Part shown: piece after piece, positions 19,605 through 30,246 of the stretch
How the letters are laid out: each line of letters begins with the position of its first letter
Position numbering within the stretch: the first letter of the stretch is position 1
Source of the DNA: an uncultured Nitrososphaerales archaeon
GTDB lineage: Archaea > Thermoproteota > Nitrososphaeria > Nitrososphaerales > Nitrososphaeraceae
Reading direction: 5' to 3'
Assembly: GCA_963709405.1 (NCBI GenBank)
Contig: CAVPXM010000029.1
Span: 1 to 49,609 of the forward strand
DNA: 49,609 nt
The notes under the pieces: model-generated
Database searches by the model: none
What the model saw: only the letters and a program-made list of their open reading frames with translations
What the model was told of the DNA's origin: nothing
Program-made: the position numbers and the translations under genes

Positions 19605-20876
19605 TTAAGAAGTTGGAACTATTCTATATATTGAACCTGCAAATGTAAGAACGTAGAGGTAGCCATCATCAGGTCCAACTTGTAAATCCGTAATTCCACC
19701 ATCAAATCCACTGGCGAAAATTAATGGTTGACTATCCTGTGGTGTATTAGATATCTTGTTAGCTAGTGTTCCGTTAAGAACCAGTCCTGTTCTAGCTTGG
19801 TCTAGCTTGAAATGATAAAGATTGCCATTTTTGTAGTCTCCTACGAACATATCATTTTGATATTGTTTACCAAGTTTTACGGAATTAAAGAACTTTAGTG
19901 CTGTAGGGGCTACCGGCTTCAACCATATGAATTCAGGAGATTTGTATTTACCTTTTCCTGCAAAGTCCACTAGGTTAGATGATGGATTAGAAATGACTGG
20001 TCCAGCAGTCTCTTTTCCTATTGCCCCTTCTGGAGCCCATATTCCCATTATCTGTGCCCATCCACTGTTAAAGCCAGGTTCAACAAGATTAATCTCATCT
20101 CCATATTTAGGACCATTTTCGGTATCCCATAGCTTGTTAGTCACAGGATCAAAGCCAATCCCAAAACTGTTGCGTATTCCATACGCATAATACAGATTTA
20201 GAGGAGCAGTAGTCTGCCCAAGTGGAGGGTCTGGTACGGGTTGACCATCCTGTGTAACTCTTAGTATACCTCCGGTGCTATCTGCAGGCGGCCCATTGAC
20301 TATATTCTCAGCTTGGGTTCTGTGAGTTTTGAGATCACCAATAACAGTATATACGTTATTGTCAGGACCGATAACTACTTTGCCACCATTATGATTAGTG
20401 CCAGGAAGTGCAGGGAGATTTAGCAGAAGTTTAGGATTGCCTAATTGTTGGTTGTTGTTTACTAATTCATATCTATAAAGAACATTTGCAAGTGATTGTG
20501 CTCCAGCGCCAGACACTGTATAATACAGGAAGACGTATGTAGGACCATTATTGTGCTTTGCAATAGCAATCCCAAGCATACCTCTTTCATTTGTTGTTGA
20601 TACTGGAACTTGAAGTAGGGGTTGCGGAAGCATTTTGCCATTTGTAATTCTCTGTACTGTGCCAGTATCTTTCTCTAATACTAGAATGTCGTTTGGTCCC
20701 AAGAATGCCATGCTTGTAGGAGATCGTAATCCCTGAGCTACTAACTCCACCTTTAGATTAGGAGCTTTTAATACTGCTGGTTGAGCTATAACAGAATTAA
20801 ATGGATGTATTAATCCAATTGAGATCGTAACGACCAATACTAAGGTTAATAGACATTGAATTTGAGGTTTAGCCAT
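19605..20876 (-). CDS. Secreted PQQ-dependent glucose/sorbosone dehydrogenase
   Basis: Signal peptide, ERGMLGIA, HNGG, YAYGIRN and ENGP..GDEIN motifs. Confidence 0.93.
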   Translation of the reverse strand: MAKPQIQCLLTLVLVVTISIGLIHPFNSVIAQPAVLKAPNLKVELVAQGLRSPTSMAFLGPNDILVLEKDTGTVQRITNGKMLPQPLLQVPVSTTNERGMLGIAIAKHNNGPTYVFLYYTVSGAGAQSLANVLYRYELVNNNQQLGNPKLLLNLPALPGTNHNGGKVVIGPDNNVYTVIGDLKTHRTQAENIVNGPPADSTGGILRVTQDGQPVPDPPLGQTTAPLNLYYAYGIRNSFGIGFDPVTNKLWDTENGPKYGDEINLVEPGFNSGWAQIMGIWAPEGAIGKETAGPVISNPSSNLVDFAGKGKYKSPEFIWLKPVAPTALKFFNSVKLGKQYQNDMFVGDYKNGNLYHFKLDQARTGLVLNGTLANKISNTPQDSQPLIFASGFDGGITDLQVGPDDGYLYVLTFAGSIYRIVPTS

Positions 20877-21517
20877 CTAAATTGATATCTTATTACATAG
20901 AACGAATTTATATTTAATCATATGCCCCTTGAATATCATTCATTTGCTAAATATCTGGCCACACGGAAGAGCTTGTATTAGTATCTGTCTTGAAATAAGC
21001 TCTTAACGTTTCTGTAAGAGCTTTATTTGAGTGGTCTCTATTTTTCATTAGTTGCTTAAACCAATCTCTTTTCACAGTAACAAAACGTGCTCGTTCCACT
21101 GGTATCAGAGTTATGGACAATTTGACATGATTACTCTCAGACAGGAGAGCATAAGGGCAATTCTCGAGGCGACTGAAGATGAGGCTCTGATCAGAAAGGC
21201 TCGTGAAATAGGAGCTATGGTAAGCTATGGTAGACTTTAAAAATCTGTTAGATGAGAGTTATCTTCCTTCGTTGTTTGTTTGTTACTATCATCATTTTAA
21301 AAGTCTACGTTTAAAATCTGGATAATATCTTTAGACCATACTGGTTGGTAGACCATGGTTATTATTGTATGAAAGGAAATACAAATTAGATAACAAAGCA
21401 TCTGAAATATTATTTGCGGTGTGGTGGAGTGTGAGCGGCGCAATATTACAAGACCATCATTGCTGTGAATCATTATCCTGGTCTACCACATGTGGAATGT
21501 GCTTCACGTCCACCTAA

Positions 21518-22204
21518 GTGTTTATAGATAACTTTAATGTACGATTAGTAGTGGCAAGTCAACGAGATTACCATGCAGAAGATACATTCGACAAGGAGCG
21601 ACGACAAACTAAGGTTATGTCAACGAAAGTATCAGTAGACCAGTATAGAAGGTTTAAGTTGCTGACGGAATATCTGTCCCAAAAAGGACTAGCAGATAAT
21701 CACACTCCGTCTGCTGTTCTACGTAATCATATAGAGGATTTGTTAAGGCATTATTGTAGTGAGGTAGACGGCAGCACTGATAGTTCAAAGGATCTAAGCA
21801 ACACCTCCGGCCCCGATTCAGCATTGCTCTTACCTTCTCTAGAAGAGGAAGGGCAAGAAAATCAGGAAGAAGTTATACGTCACAATGAATGTGGATATGA
21901 TGAGATCCCACAGTCAATAGATTATGTTCTAGGGGAAATTATGTCGCGTTATGGCACAAAATTGAATTATAATATAATGAGGGAAGATCGACTACAAGTG
22001 CTATCAAGAGCTAACGAGTTGTCGCGACAACTATCAGTAGACCTTCTACAAAAGGTAGACGATTTAGCAAAAATGGCAAAGGAAATTATAGATATGTTTG
22101 ATAGAATTTATGAAGTTGCAAAACAAGAAGGTTATCCAATTGACGAGATCGTAGAAGATAAAGAAAAACTAAAGGAGTTTTTAGGGTTCAAAAATATCAA
22201 TTAG
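21518..22204 (+). CDS. Hypothetical protein with probable N-terminal ribbon-helix-helix domain
   Basis: MSTKVSVDQYRRFKLL...TPSAVLRNHIEDLL strand-helix-helix pattern. True start uncertain. Confidence 0.5.
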   Translation: MFIDNFNVRLVVASQRDYHAEDTFDKERRQTKVMSTKVSVDQYRRFKLLTEYLSQKGLADNHTPSAVLRNHIEDLLRHYCSEVDGSTDSSKDLSNTSGPDSALLLPSLEEEGQENQEEVIRHNECGYDEIPQSIDYVLGEIMSRYGTKLNYNIMREDRLQVLSRANELSRQLSVDLLQKVDDLAKMAKEIIDMFDRIYEVAKQEGYPIDEIVEDKEKLKEFLGFKNIN

Positions 22205-22412
22205 AATATCATTGAAACGGAAAGCACACTAGTATGATGACGTTGTTGTTGCGCAAACGCAATTTATAATCTGTTGATAAGTCAGACTATAACAAAATAG
22301 ATACGATATATAGAAACTATATTTCTTATATAAGATAATTGGAAACTCCATGCCGCGTATAGGTGATTGATTACCTAAGTTGTACTTTATCAATAAAATA
22401 TCGTCATAAACT

Positions 22413-23000
22413 TTATCTTACAAAGCCAGAAAGCTGTCTTGATACATCTATTATATTGTCAATGTTATTGCTTATTGGCGACCGATTAAAATTCAGTATT
22501 AGGTGATCCACTCCCATTTCTTTAATTTTCGATAGATCCTTACCTATTTGATCAATACTTTCGCTCAATAACTGTCTTTTTTTGGATTTGGATTTGAATG
22601 CTTTTTGATTAATTTCTTTAGTATCCGTATTATTATTATTATTTCTATACTCTATAACATCAGGATATACTATTGCAGCAATATGAACATCTTTAGGGTC
22701 TCTTTTTGCGTTATAACATTCATTTCTTAACTTGTCAATGTATGATTTACTGTCATCAAGTGAACTACGTATAACACATATCCATCCATCAGCATAATTT
22801 GCTATCCTTACAAATGTTCCTTGACTATAGCCTCCTAGATAAATTGGAATATGTGGATTTTGAATAGGTTTAGGGCCTATTTTTGAAGCAGGAATGTGAT
22901 GGTATTTTCCTTTAAATTCTACAACATCATCTGTCAAAATAATCACCTTCAATCTTCCACTAAGAAGACGATGAGCTCGCAAGAGATATTGGAATACTAA
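22413..23000 (-). pseudogene. LLM-class (F420/flavin) oxidoreductase, C-terminal half, truncated by IS5
   Basis: VEFKGKY, IGPKP.Q.PHIPIYLGG, RIANYADGW and MGVDH motifs. Confidence 0.88.
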
Positions 23001-23131
23001 GAACCTATCCCAAAATTATCTTTCTACAGATGATCATAAAACAGGAGAACTGTACCAGTCCAAGGTAGTTCTCTGCCTTCTTTTCATATCGTGTGAACAG
23101 TTTTCTGAACCTGTTGTGCCATGAGTTTGTC
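23001..23131 (-). mobile_element. 131-bp right-end fragment of the 972-bp IS5
   Basis: Reverse complement of the IS5 3' end including the IR, preceded by TAA. Confidence 0.92.
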
Positions 23132-23184
23132 GAAGATTCGCGATAAAGGAATCGAAATTACTGGATAGTATCGGAACGGCTCAA

Positions 23185-23349
23185 ATGGAGCAGGAGATAG
23201 AGAGGAAAGTTGTAGTATTCACAAAACGAAATCAAGACAAAATGATAGAAGAAACTGGGATTGCACCGTCTCTTACTGAACAAGATATAAAAGAATATCT
23301 AGAACTGGTAATAAGCGATGTAGTAAAAAACCAGCATGCAAAAAAATGA
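23185..23349 (+). pseudogene. C-terminal remnant of a hypothetical protein, paralogous to 1621-1791
   Basis: MEQEIERKVVVFTKRNQDKMIEETGIAPSLTEQDIKEYLELVI. Confidence 0.65.
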
Positions 23350-24457
23350 CTATATACGATTTGTATGTGAAATAGATCAAAAGATGACAAACCCAAATCC
23401 GTAGTGATTGCTCCCTACGCGGCTAGACAAACCTCAATATCTAATTATCTGTAAAATCTAGCGGAACCTAAGAACCTATCACGTTTCAAATTTCTAAGTA
23501 AATGGCCATTTATTTTTCCAACTTCTTCTATGGTCCCCATGATTATTTGTTATATTCGTATTGATAAAGAATACCCTGTTAGATGAAACTAAAAGATATG
23601 ATTAGTTGTTGTTCTTGATGTCGTTTGTGTGACTTCTTCTATACTACAGTTTGCATCAACAATATCATTATTATCTTTCAGTCTAGTTTCTTTTGATGGT
23701 TCGTTAGTTATTTTAAAATAGCAATAGTTCGTCAAGAATCTGCGAGATGTTCTTCTTCTGCATTTTAACTCTTATGGATTCAAAGGTTAGCTTATGCCTA
23801 TTCCTAGATGCCAAATATATATGACGAAGTATACTGACCTATACTCGACGTTCTATCTCGTTGACAGAGCTGAATGATTCTAACGGTTTAACTTCCCATT
23901 TCATTCTACCCCAGAATGACAGACTTGAGATCTCCTTCTACTTCTTCTATTGACCAAGAATCAATAAGATATGCTGTCCTTTGTCCAGCGAAAACCCCCA
24001 TCCATTGCCTTTACATCCTGTTCAGTTATAATGGATTAATTTAATTAAAGTATATTAGGTTGATTCGAGTATTATAAATTATATAAGCCGACTGATCGAA
24101 AGAGAGGAAAGATCCATCATACAGATCTGCATTGCGGGTAAAGGCCCTCGATGTCCTTGGAAATGTATGGTTGTCATCATAGAAAAATAGGTAATCGCTG
24201 ATTCTAAATGATTGGCGAGGAGTCCAATTCTGTGATGGTAAGGGCAAACTACGAGGCTGTCTGGACCCTAGGATGTCAGTCTTGAATAGAAAGCCACATG
24301 TCTTCGAGAATCAGTCGGCTAATCTATATCAATATATTATTAATTTATTCGTGGCTTCAATTATCGCCTTCTCCCTACCTAACAAACTTGTGTAAAAAAG
24401 AATTATCTTATTGATGGTTAAGGCATGTTCCTGTTTAGTTGTATAGAAAGTTTCAAG

Positions 24458-24775
24458 TCATCCCATCTTGTGTGCCTGCATCAACGATGACAAGGCATTC
24501 GCTTTCTGTTTAGTAGAGGTATTTTTGTCTTGAACGATTTTCCATACTTGTCTAATTATTTCATTAGATCCAGACATATATCTTACATACTCAAACAAAA
24601 TATCTTCTCGCAGATATTTTTCGATTTCAATTCTTGCTTCTAATTTGATAAATTGTAGATCTCTGCTGACAGTTGACTGATCCAAATGGAGCTCTTGGGC
24701 TATTTCTTCCTGATTTAGACCCTTACTGTATAACGAAATGATTTTTGATATCCTGTTTTCTCTTTCGATATCCAT
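24458..24775 (-). CDS. HTH DNA-binding protein, probably C-terminally truncated
   Basis: SKGLNQEEIAQELHLDQSTVSRDL HTH. Confidence 0.75.
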   Translation of the reverse strand: MDIERENRISKIISLYSKGLNQEEIAQELHLDQSTVSRDLQFIKLEARIEIEKYLREDILFEYVRYMSGSNEIIRQVWKIVQDKNTSTKQKANALSSLMQAHKMG

Positions 24776-24935
24776 TACTGTGATTTTGAGATAACAGAAC
24801 GATTTTTCTTAGCCGGCTTGTTTTGACTCCTCTTGTTATATGAGATATTGTTTCTCTTTTCTTCTTCAATATTCTTTAGATCTGTTACAATTTTTGATTG
24901 CATTTTTTTATGCATGGTTGAGCTTGAACTCAGAT

Positions 24936-25295
24936 CTAGATCTCGAAGATATCTGAACTACCTTTAGTTCCAGCTGCTGAATCCCCTCTTTTAGGATTTA
25001 CACCATCAATACTACTTGCTAATTGATTTATTTTTGGATTTGAAAGAAGACTTGTTATTTGTTCCAATTCTGAAGTAGATCTTATAACAACTCCTCTCTT
25101 CTTTGTAGTAGCTCCAGAGGAATCGACTGGGTTGATTTCAATTGCTAATGATGGAGAACTAGATTTTGACCCAGGAAGCTTGATCAGAAATATGCCAGGT
25201 ATATTAGTGGCTTTCTTTTCCCAATCTCTTCCTTCTGTTAGGAATTGCAACAGTTTCTCATTCGCTGCTGATGGGGAAGACGTTGTGGCAGACAT
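24936..25295 (-). CDS. Conserved archaeal hypothetical protein
   Basis: G.DWE.K.T.IPG.F..KLP, LAIEINP and KKRG pattern, recalled from an uncharacterised archaeal family. Confidence 0.65.
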   Translation of the reverse strand: MSATTSSPSAANEKLLQFLTEGRDWEKKATNIPGIFLIKLPGSKSSSPSLAIEINPVDSSGATTKKRGVVIRSTSELEQITSLLSNPKINQLASSIDGVNPKRGDSAAGTKGSSDIFEI

Positions 25296-25555
25296 ACATC
25301 TAGATACTGTCTTAAATCTATAAACTTTGACTCTAAAATATATTCAATAATTATACTATATAGATATTACAAGAATCCTTATGAGAGATAATTCCACTTT
25401 GACACATGATTACAATAACAAAAGAATAAGATATAATTCATTACAGTTTGTAGATTAATTCCGAAATAACGTCATTCAAGGACTATTTCGAATACCCTAA
25501 TGAGCAATATGTTCGTATTATTCATTGACAATCTATATTAATTCTGAAACGCACA

Positions 25556-25666
25556 ATGAGAGATCAGGATAAGATGAAAGATGATGCAATAGCACACTTG
25601 TCGGATCAACTTGTGGCTATAACAAATAGATTGCAGGAACTTGAGAGAAGACAAATGACGATGTAG
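25556..25666 (+). pseudogene. Probable C-terminal coiled-coil tail of a tyrosine integrase
   Basis: DAIAHLSDQL..RLQELE resembles the tails of thaumarchaeal integrases (recalled, unverified). Confidence 0.4.
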
Positions 25667-25851
25667 ATCTATCATAAATATGCATAAGAAAGAGTAATGA
25701 AAAATCGCCAAAGTTTCAATTTCTTCTCCTTCTTATTGGCTGCATATTTTTGACGGGAAGATATGATCTGATGACACCAACAATTGTCGTAGTATTAGTT
25801 GATAGATCCTGTTTCATGTATAGCATATTCTAGCCACAAAATATCCACATT

Positions 25852-26785
25852 TCAATTAAAGAAACTAGCATAATCTCTGGCAAATTGTTCAAGTGATATA
25901 GGCTTACGACCTGTAATCTGTTCAACTACAGTAGTCGATTGTGATGCGTATCCAGATCTAATCACACTATAGAGCTCTACTAATGCATCTATAAGCCAGT
26001 CCTCCATTCCCATCTTCTTCATTGCTTTGCGGGCGTCTTCTTCTGTTACGTTTACATACGATATTCTTCTACCTAGAACATTAGAAAGAATTTCTGCCGC
26101 TTGACTATACGATAGTGCCTCGTTACCAGTAATATCATATTTTTTGTATTCGTGTTGTTGTTTGCTTTTACTCCCATTATTTTTAGCCAATAGTATCTCC
26201 GTAGCTACAGCTGCCAATATCTCTAACATCTACAAAACTAACTTTTCCGTCTCCTACAGGAAGATAAATTGCGTTTTGAGTTTTAATTGTTTGGCCAAAA
26301 AAATTTATAAAGTTCTGCATAAATGCACCTGCACGTAAGAATGTGTATGGTATTCCAGATTCTTCTATAATTTTTTCTTCTTGTCGATGCAATCGTGTGA
26401 TCATAATTCCAGGCTCAGCATCGGCATCTATGACAGACAACTTGACAATATGTTTAACATCATTTTTCTTAGCTTCTTTTATTAAACTGGATGAGATTTC
26501 AGTCATGTTGGGCGTGGGTAACGTTAGTAAGAAGAGTTTGTCTACTCCGTTTAGAGCATCAACAATAGTTTCTGATTTATTATAATCCATATTAACAATC
26601 TCAACTGTTTTATTTTCATCTCTAAGTTTATCAGCTTTATTTTTTGAATGAACAGCTGCTCTAACTCGACTACCTGAAGAAAGCGATGATGGTGATGTAA
26701 GCTGCTTTACTACTTCACTTCCAACTGTTCCAGTTGCACCTGTAACCAAAATCGCAGTTTCATTATTTTTGATAGTAGCAGTCAT
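25852..26785 (-). pseudogene. NmrA-like/atypical SDR oxidoreductase with a single frameshift near 26215
   Basis: ILVTGATGTVG Rossmann motif. VDVRDI continues as AAVATEILL in another frame because of one extra G. Confidence 0.88.
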
Positions 26786-26805
26786 CGATGTATTAATACA
26801 TCGAT
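26784..26805. promoter_or_regulatory. Perfect 22-bp palindrome, putative operator at the NmrA start
   Basis: ATCGATGTATTAATACATCGAT overlaps the ATG. TTAAGTA TATA-like box ~25 bp upstream on the minus strand. Confidence 0.7.
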
Positions 26806-27099
26806 ATTATACTTAAGTCTAGTAGTAAAGGTCTATTAAGTAGATAAACACCATCCTACAAGGTAAGAGCCTGATAGACCATCATCATTCCAGATTCCTT
26901 GGCTATTCCAAATATAGTTGTCAACAAACCTAGTAGTAATACGACGATTGTGAATCCTCCGACCTATTCTTGTATTGTTAACTGTAGATTAATCTGTTAA
27001 GTCATGAGAAGATGATGATAAAGATACATCAACATAGTTTTAATTTTTTTTAAAAATACCTTTTTTACGCTATTCGATTCATTTGCACTCCTTATCTCC

Positions 27100-27681
27100 G
27101 TGTGCCTGTTTGATAAGCCGCTCTTAGTTGATAATAATAATTCACTTTATCATCATCGCAGATGTCTTCTCCAAATTCAGACACTTGCAAAACTAGATAC
27201 GGCAAAGACAGTATGGGGATTTAATCCTGTAAATAGAATTGCTGATAATATTAACCTTGAACTAGACATCCCAAAACGTATAGTTATGAAACTAAAAATA
27301 GGAGACTTCGGATGTGGTAGAGCAGAATTAGCTGACCTATTAGAGGAGAATAAGGTGTTTAGTTTTGATCATAATAATATTATGAATGATAAGATTATTG
27401 CATGCGATATCAAAGATGTATCAAAACATATACGAGATAGAGAGTTAGACATAGTGGTATTTTCACTCTCACTCATGGGAAGAAACTGGAGAGATTACAT
27501 AGCAGAAGCAAATAGGTGTTTAGAATCAAAAGGTTGGTTATTTATAGCAGAGACAACGAACCAATTAGATCAGGATGGTAGATTATCGGAACTACAAAAT
27601 GTAATAAAAGAAAATGGTTTTGATATCTATAACGTTAAGCAAATAAAACACCTTACATTTCTAGACGATAGGAAGCATTAA
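27100..27681 (+). pseudogene. Rrp8-like (Methyltransf_8) SAM-dependent methyltransferase domain, probably the C-terminus of a larger protein
   Basis: IGDFGCG, V.SFDH, IIACDI, DIVVFSLSLMG.NW and RCL..G.L.IAE motifs. Confidence 0.75.
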
Positions 27682-27818
27682 TTTCTTCACTTCAGATGAC
27701 AAACAAAAGATATAAAATCTTCTACATAACTCTTAACTCAATCGCTTTCTAAGTATCGGCTTAAATATGTTGTATGTAGACGGACGGCTCGGACAGTGAT
27801 TATAGACATGAATATCAA

Positions 27819-28148
27819 ATGCGACTTGGTCATGATTATAGTGAAGCTCTAGGCAGGCTTGGTACTGTGACAGGCGACATTGATGGAAGTCAACCACGCG
27901 AACTATTTTTTCTCATCACATTCGAAGATTCTAATTCTGTATTTTTAATGACCTCTGCACATACCACAATATCATGGCATAATGATATACTTTCAAAGCG
28001 AATTGATGACAGATTCCTCCTATATCCTATCCCCAATAGGACAGAGATACTATTAAGGTTAGGGGACAAGGTCTCTAGATATAATCTTCGAATAAATGCG
28101 TATGATGACATTGAATTACACCCGGTTCGACGCACGTTCTTACATTAG
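27819..28148 (+). CDS. Hypothetical protein
   Basis: 109-aa ORF with ATG start and no recognisable motif. Confidence 0.3.
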   Translation: MRLGHDYSEALGRLGTVTGDIDGSQPRELFFLITFEDSNSVFLMTSAHTTISWHNDILSKRIDDRFLLYPIPNRTEILLRLGDKVSRYNLRINAYDDIELHPVRRTFLH

Positions 28149-28284
28149 TGAACGAAAAACTCCAGAAATCTGTAATATTCTCTATTTCCTTTTGTGTTTC
28201 CACAAATCCAATAGTACCTAAGAGATCTAGTTCTCTTAAAGCCGAAGAGACAATTAATTTCCGGGTCTTAATACTGCTCGAGAC

Positions 28285-28412
28285 AAAAATAGCTGCGCCA
28301 TAAGGGCCAGTACCTACAGTTGTAGTGGCAATTACAGAATCTGCATTTGCTAATGATAAGAACAAAGGGGAGATTACGGAAAGAATTGCAGCTAATATGC
28401 ATACAATTAAAG
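28285..28412 (-). pseudogene. N-terminal fragment of a secreted YVTN beta-propeller protein
   Basis: Signal-like LIVCILAAILSVISPLFLSLANA followed by DSVIATTTVGTGPYGAA. Confidence 0.55.
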
Positions 28413-28926
28413 CTTGATGGGAAGCTCGGAGTCTGTAAACAGTTAGATCTAAACTGAGTTCTCGTCTGATGATTTTTGCTTATATACTAATGATTCTTTC
28501 TGTAGACCTTGATGAATGATAGAAAATTAGGTTTTGGAATTCTCCCAATGATAGCTCTTTAAGTAACATCGGGGTATGGCTAATCCTAATCTCTTATTAT
28601 AAGTATCAAGTGAGCCACACTAGGATATAAGTGCATCAGACAAATAAGGTAAGACATGAAGGAATACATGTCTGATCTTAGAACCATGTCACGGAAATCA
28701 TCAGGAACCTCACTTGGAATTGAATTTGATTGAGTACAATCCTACTATCTCGTAACAAGAAGAAGAAAGAACAACAGATGATGTTGATACTAATGTTTGT
28801 AGGAGCTGGAGCAATAGTCTAATATTTAAGTAAATTCAAACAAAATACTATAGTTTTTCTATCTGGTAACATTTACTTAAATTGGTGCTACTGTTTTAAT
28901 CCATAATCACCAGGTATCTCCAGTAG

Positions 28927-29041
28927 CGCTCCAGGATTCATTGAGACTTCTGCTGCTCAAGCACTAATCGAGCGTTTATCTAAACAATCCGGAACTGACA
29001 TGGAGTCCGCACGTCAGGCATTAATGAAATCCCTCGGTGGT
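28927..29041 (+). pseudogene. Internal fragment of a short-chain dehydrogenase
   Basis: APGFIETSAAQALIERLSKQSGTDMESARQALMKSLGG matches the SDR PG.I.T lid region. Confidence 0.65.
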
Positions 29042-29164
29042 TTCAGTGATTTCAGACCGATCCACAAATATATGTTTGACTCTTATATTTTCATGTTTCT
29101 CGTATTATGACATCTCTTATAGTGAGATAACCTGTAGCTTTCTAAAAATGACTGAAAGGAACGA

Positions 29165-29579
29165 TTACGACACCAGAATCAGTGCTGCTCTAAACTTTAG
29201 TAATTTCTCCATTGAATCAATGGCAAACATCGCCATCGTAGTTTCTTTGAGATCCATGTTATGTATTTTTTCAAGGATAGTAGCAGCCATAGGATGTTTC
29301 GTCCTCAACTCTTTGATCGTCTCTTCAACCTTGTGATCACTCACTTTATCTTCTATCAAGTCTAATGGCTCTTTATCTTCTACCAAGCTTAATCTCATCG
29401 CACGAATTTTCAGTAGCCATCTTACACCATCAACTAGGAACATAGTACTAACGACTTCTTTAAGATCCATAGAAGGTATCCTTTCAAATATAGCAGCAGC
29501 GTTAGGGGTACTTTGTCCTCCAATCATTAGCACTTCTTTGAATTCTTTCGTGACTTACATTCTCTTCTGATAAGGCCAT
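29165..29579 (-). pseudogene. Small two-repeat helical protein with a 5' frameshift
   Basis: Internal repeat P.AA.I.E.I..MDLKE....MF..D....LLK.RA. The upstream ATG at 29579 is out of frame. Confidence 0.6.
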
Positions 29580-29694
29580 CAGATCGATAGTTTAATGCAA
29601 ATATTTAAATCTATACCATTTAGAGGCTGTAAGAGAAAGATAAAGACAAAGACCATATAATGGAACATTAGTTATTGGTATTGATAGCTACGGT

Positions 29695-29759
29695 GGCCGT
29701 GTTGACTTAACGGAATAGCTGGTAGATATCGCTAGCATTTTCATGCTTGGATCAGGAGC
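29695..29759 (-). repeat. 65-bp inverted repeat, left copy
   Basis: 61/65 identical to the reverse complement of 32041-32105. Confidence 0.92.
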
Positions 29760-30246
29760 AATCTTTCCTATACAATTTCTTAAGTTAACAGCACCTATGT
29801 CACTATAGATGAACAAAATTTAAACTACGCTTCCTAGCGAGCCACTATATACTACAACTTCTAAGACGGACGGCGTGATATGGATAAAATGACCAGCCCC
29901 TAATTTCTGCAAGTCTGTTGATGAAAGTGATATACATCAGTTTTTAGGAAGCAGAACTATTAATTGAAGTCGATGACAACAACTCATCAATTAGAAACCT
30001 TTTGTAGCTAATCTGAAAAGATGGTAACTATACCTACTGGACTTCTTGTACTTCCTGACCCTAGCACAATCACTACACGGGTTGCACTTCTGGCATTAAA
30101 TGTATCCATATATCTAGAAATAAGAAATAAGAAAATGGGTTAATTTCATAAATAAGCAATGAGGATATACTTGCTTATTGCTGGAATTATTAGTCTATTA
30201 CAAATATAATGTCGAAGAGGATCACCTGTATTGGATTTTTAGATTA

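Noticed and set aside
21052-21240. 62-aa ORF
   Set aside because: Short, with no recognisable motif.
23469-23480. TAAGAACCTATC, and TTAGAGCCTAT at 34141, resembling IS5 ends
   Set aside because: Only 8-10 bases match the IR, with no partner end or transposase.
23560-24300. Possible decayed minus-strand coding sequence
   Set aside because: Many stops and no family could be assigned.
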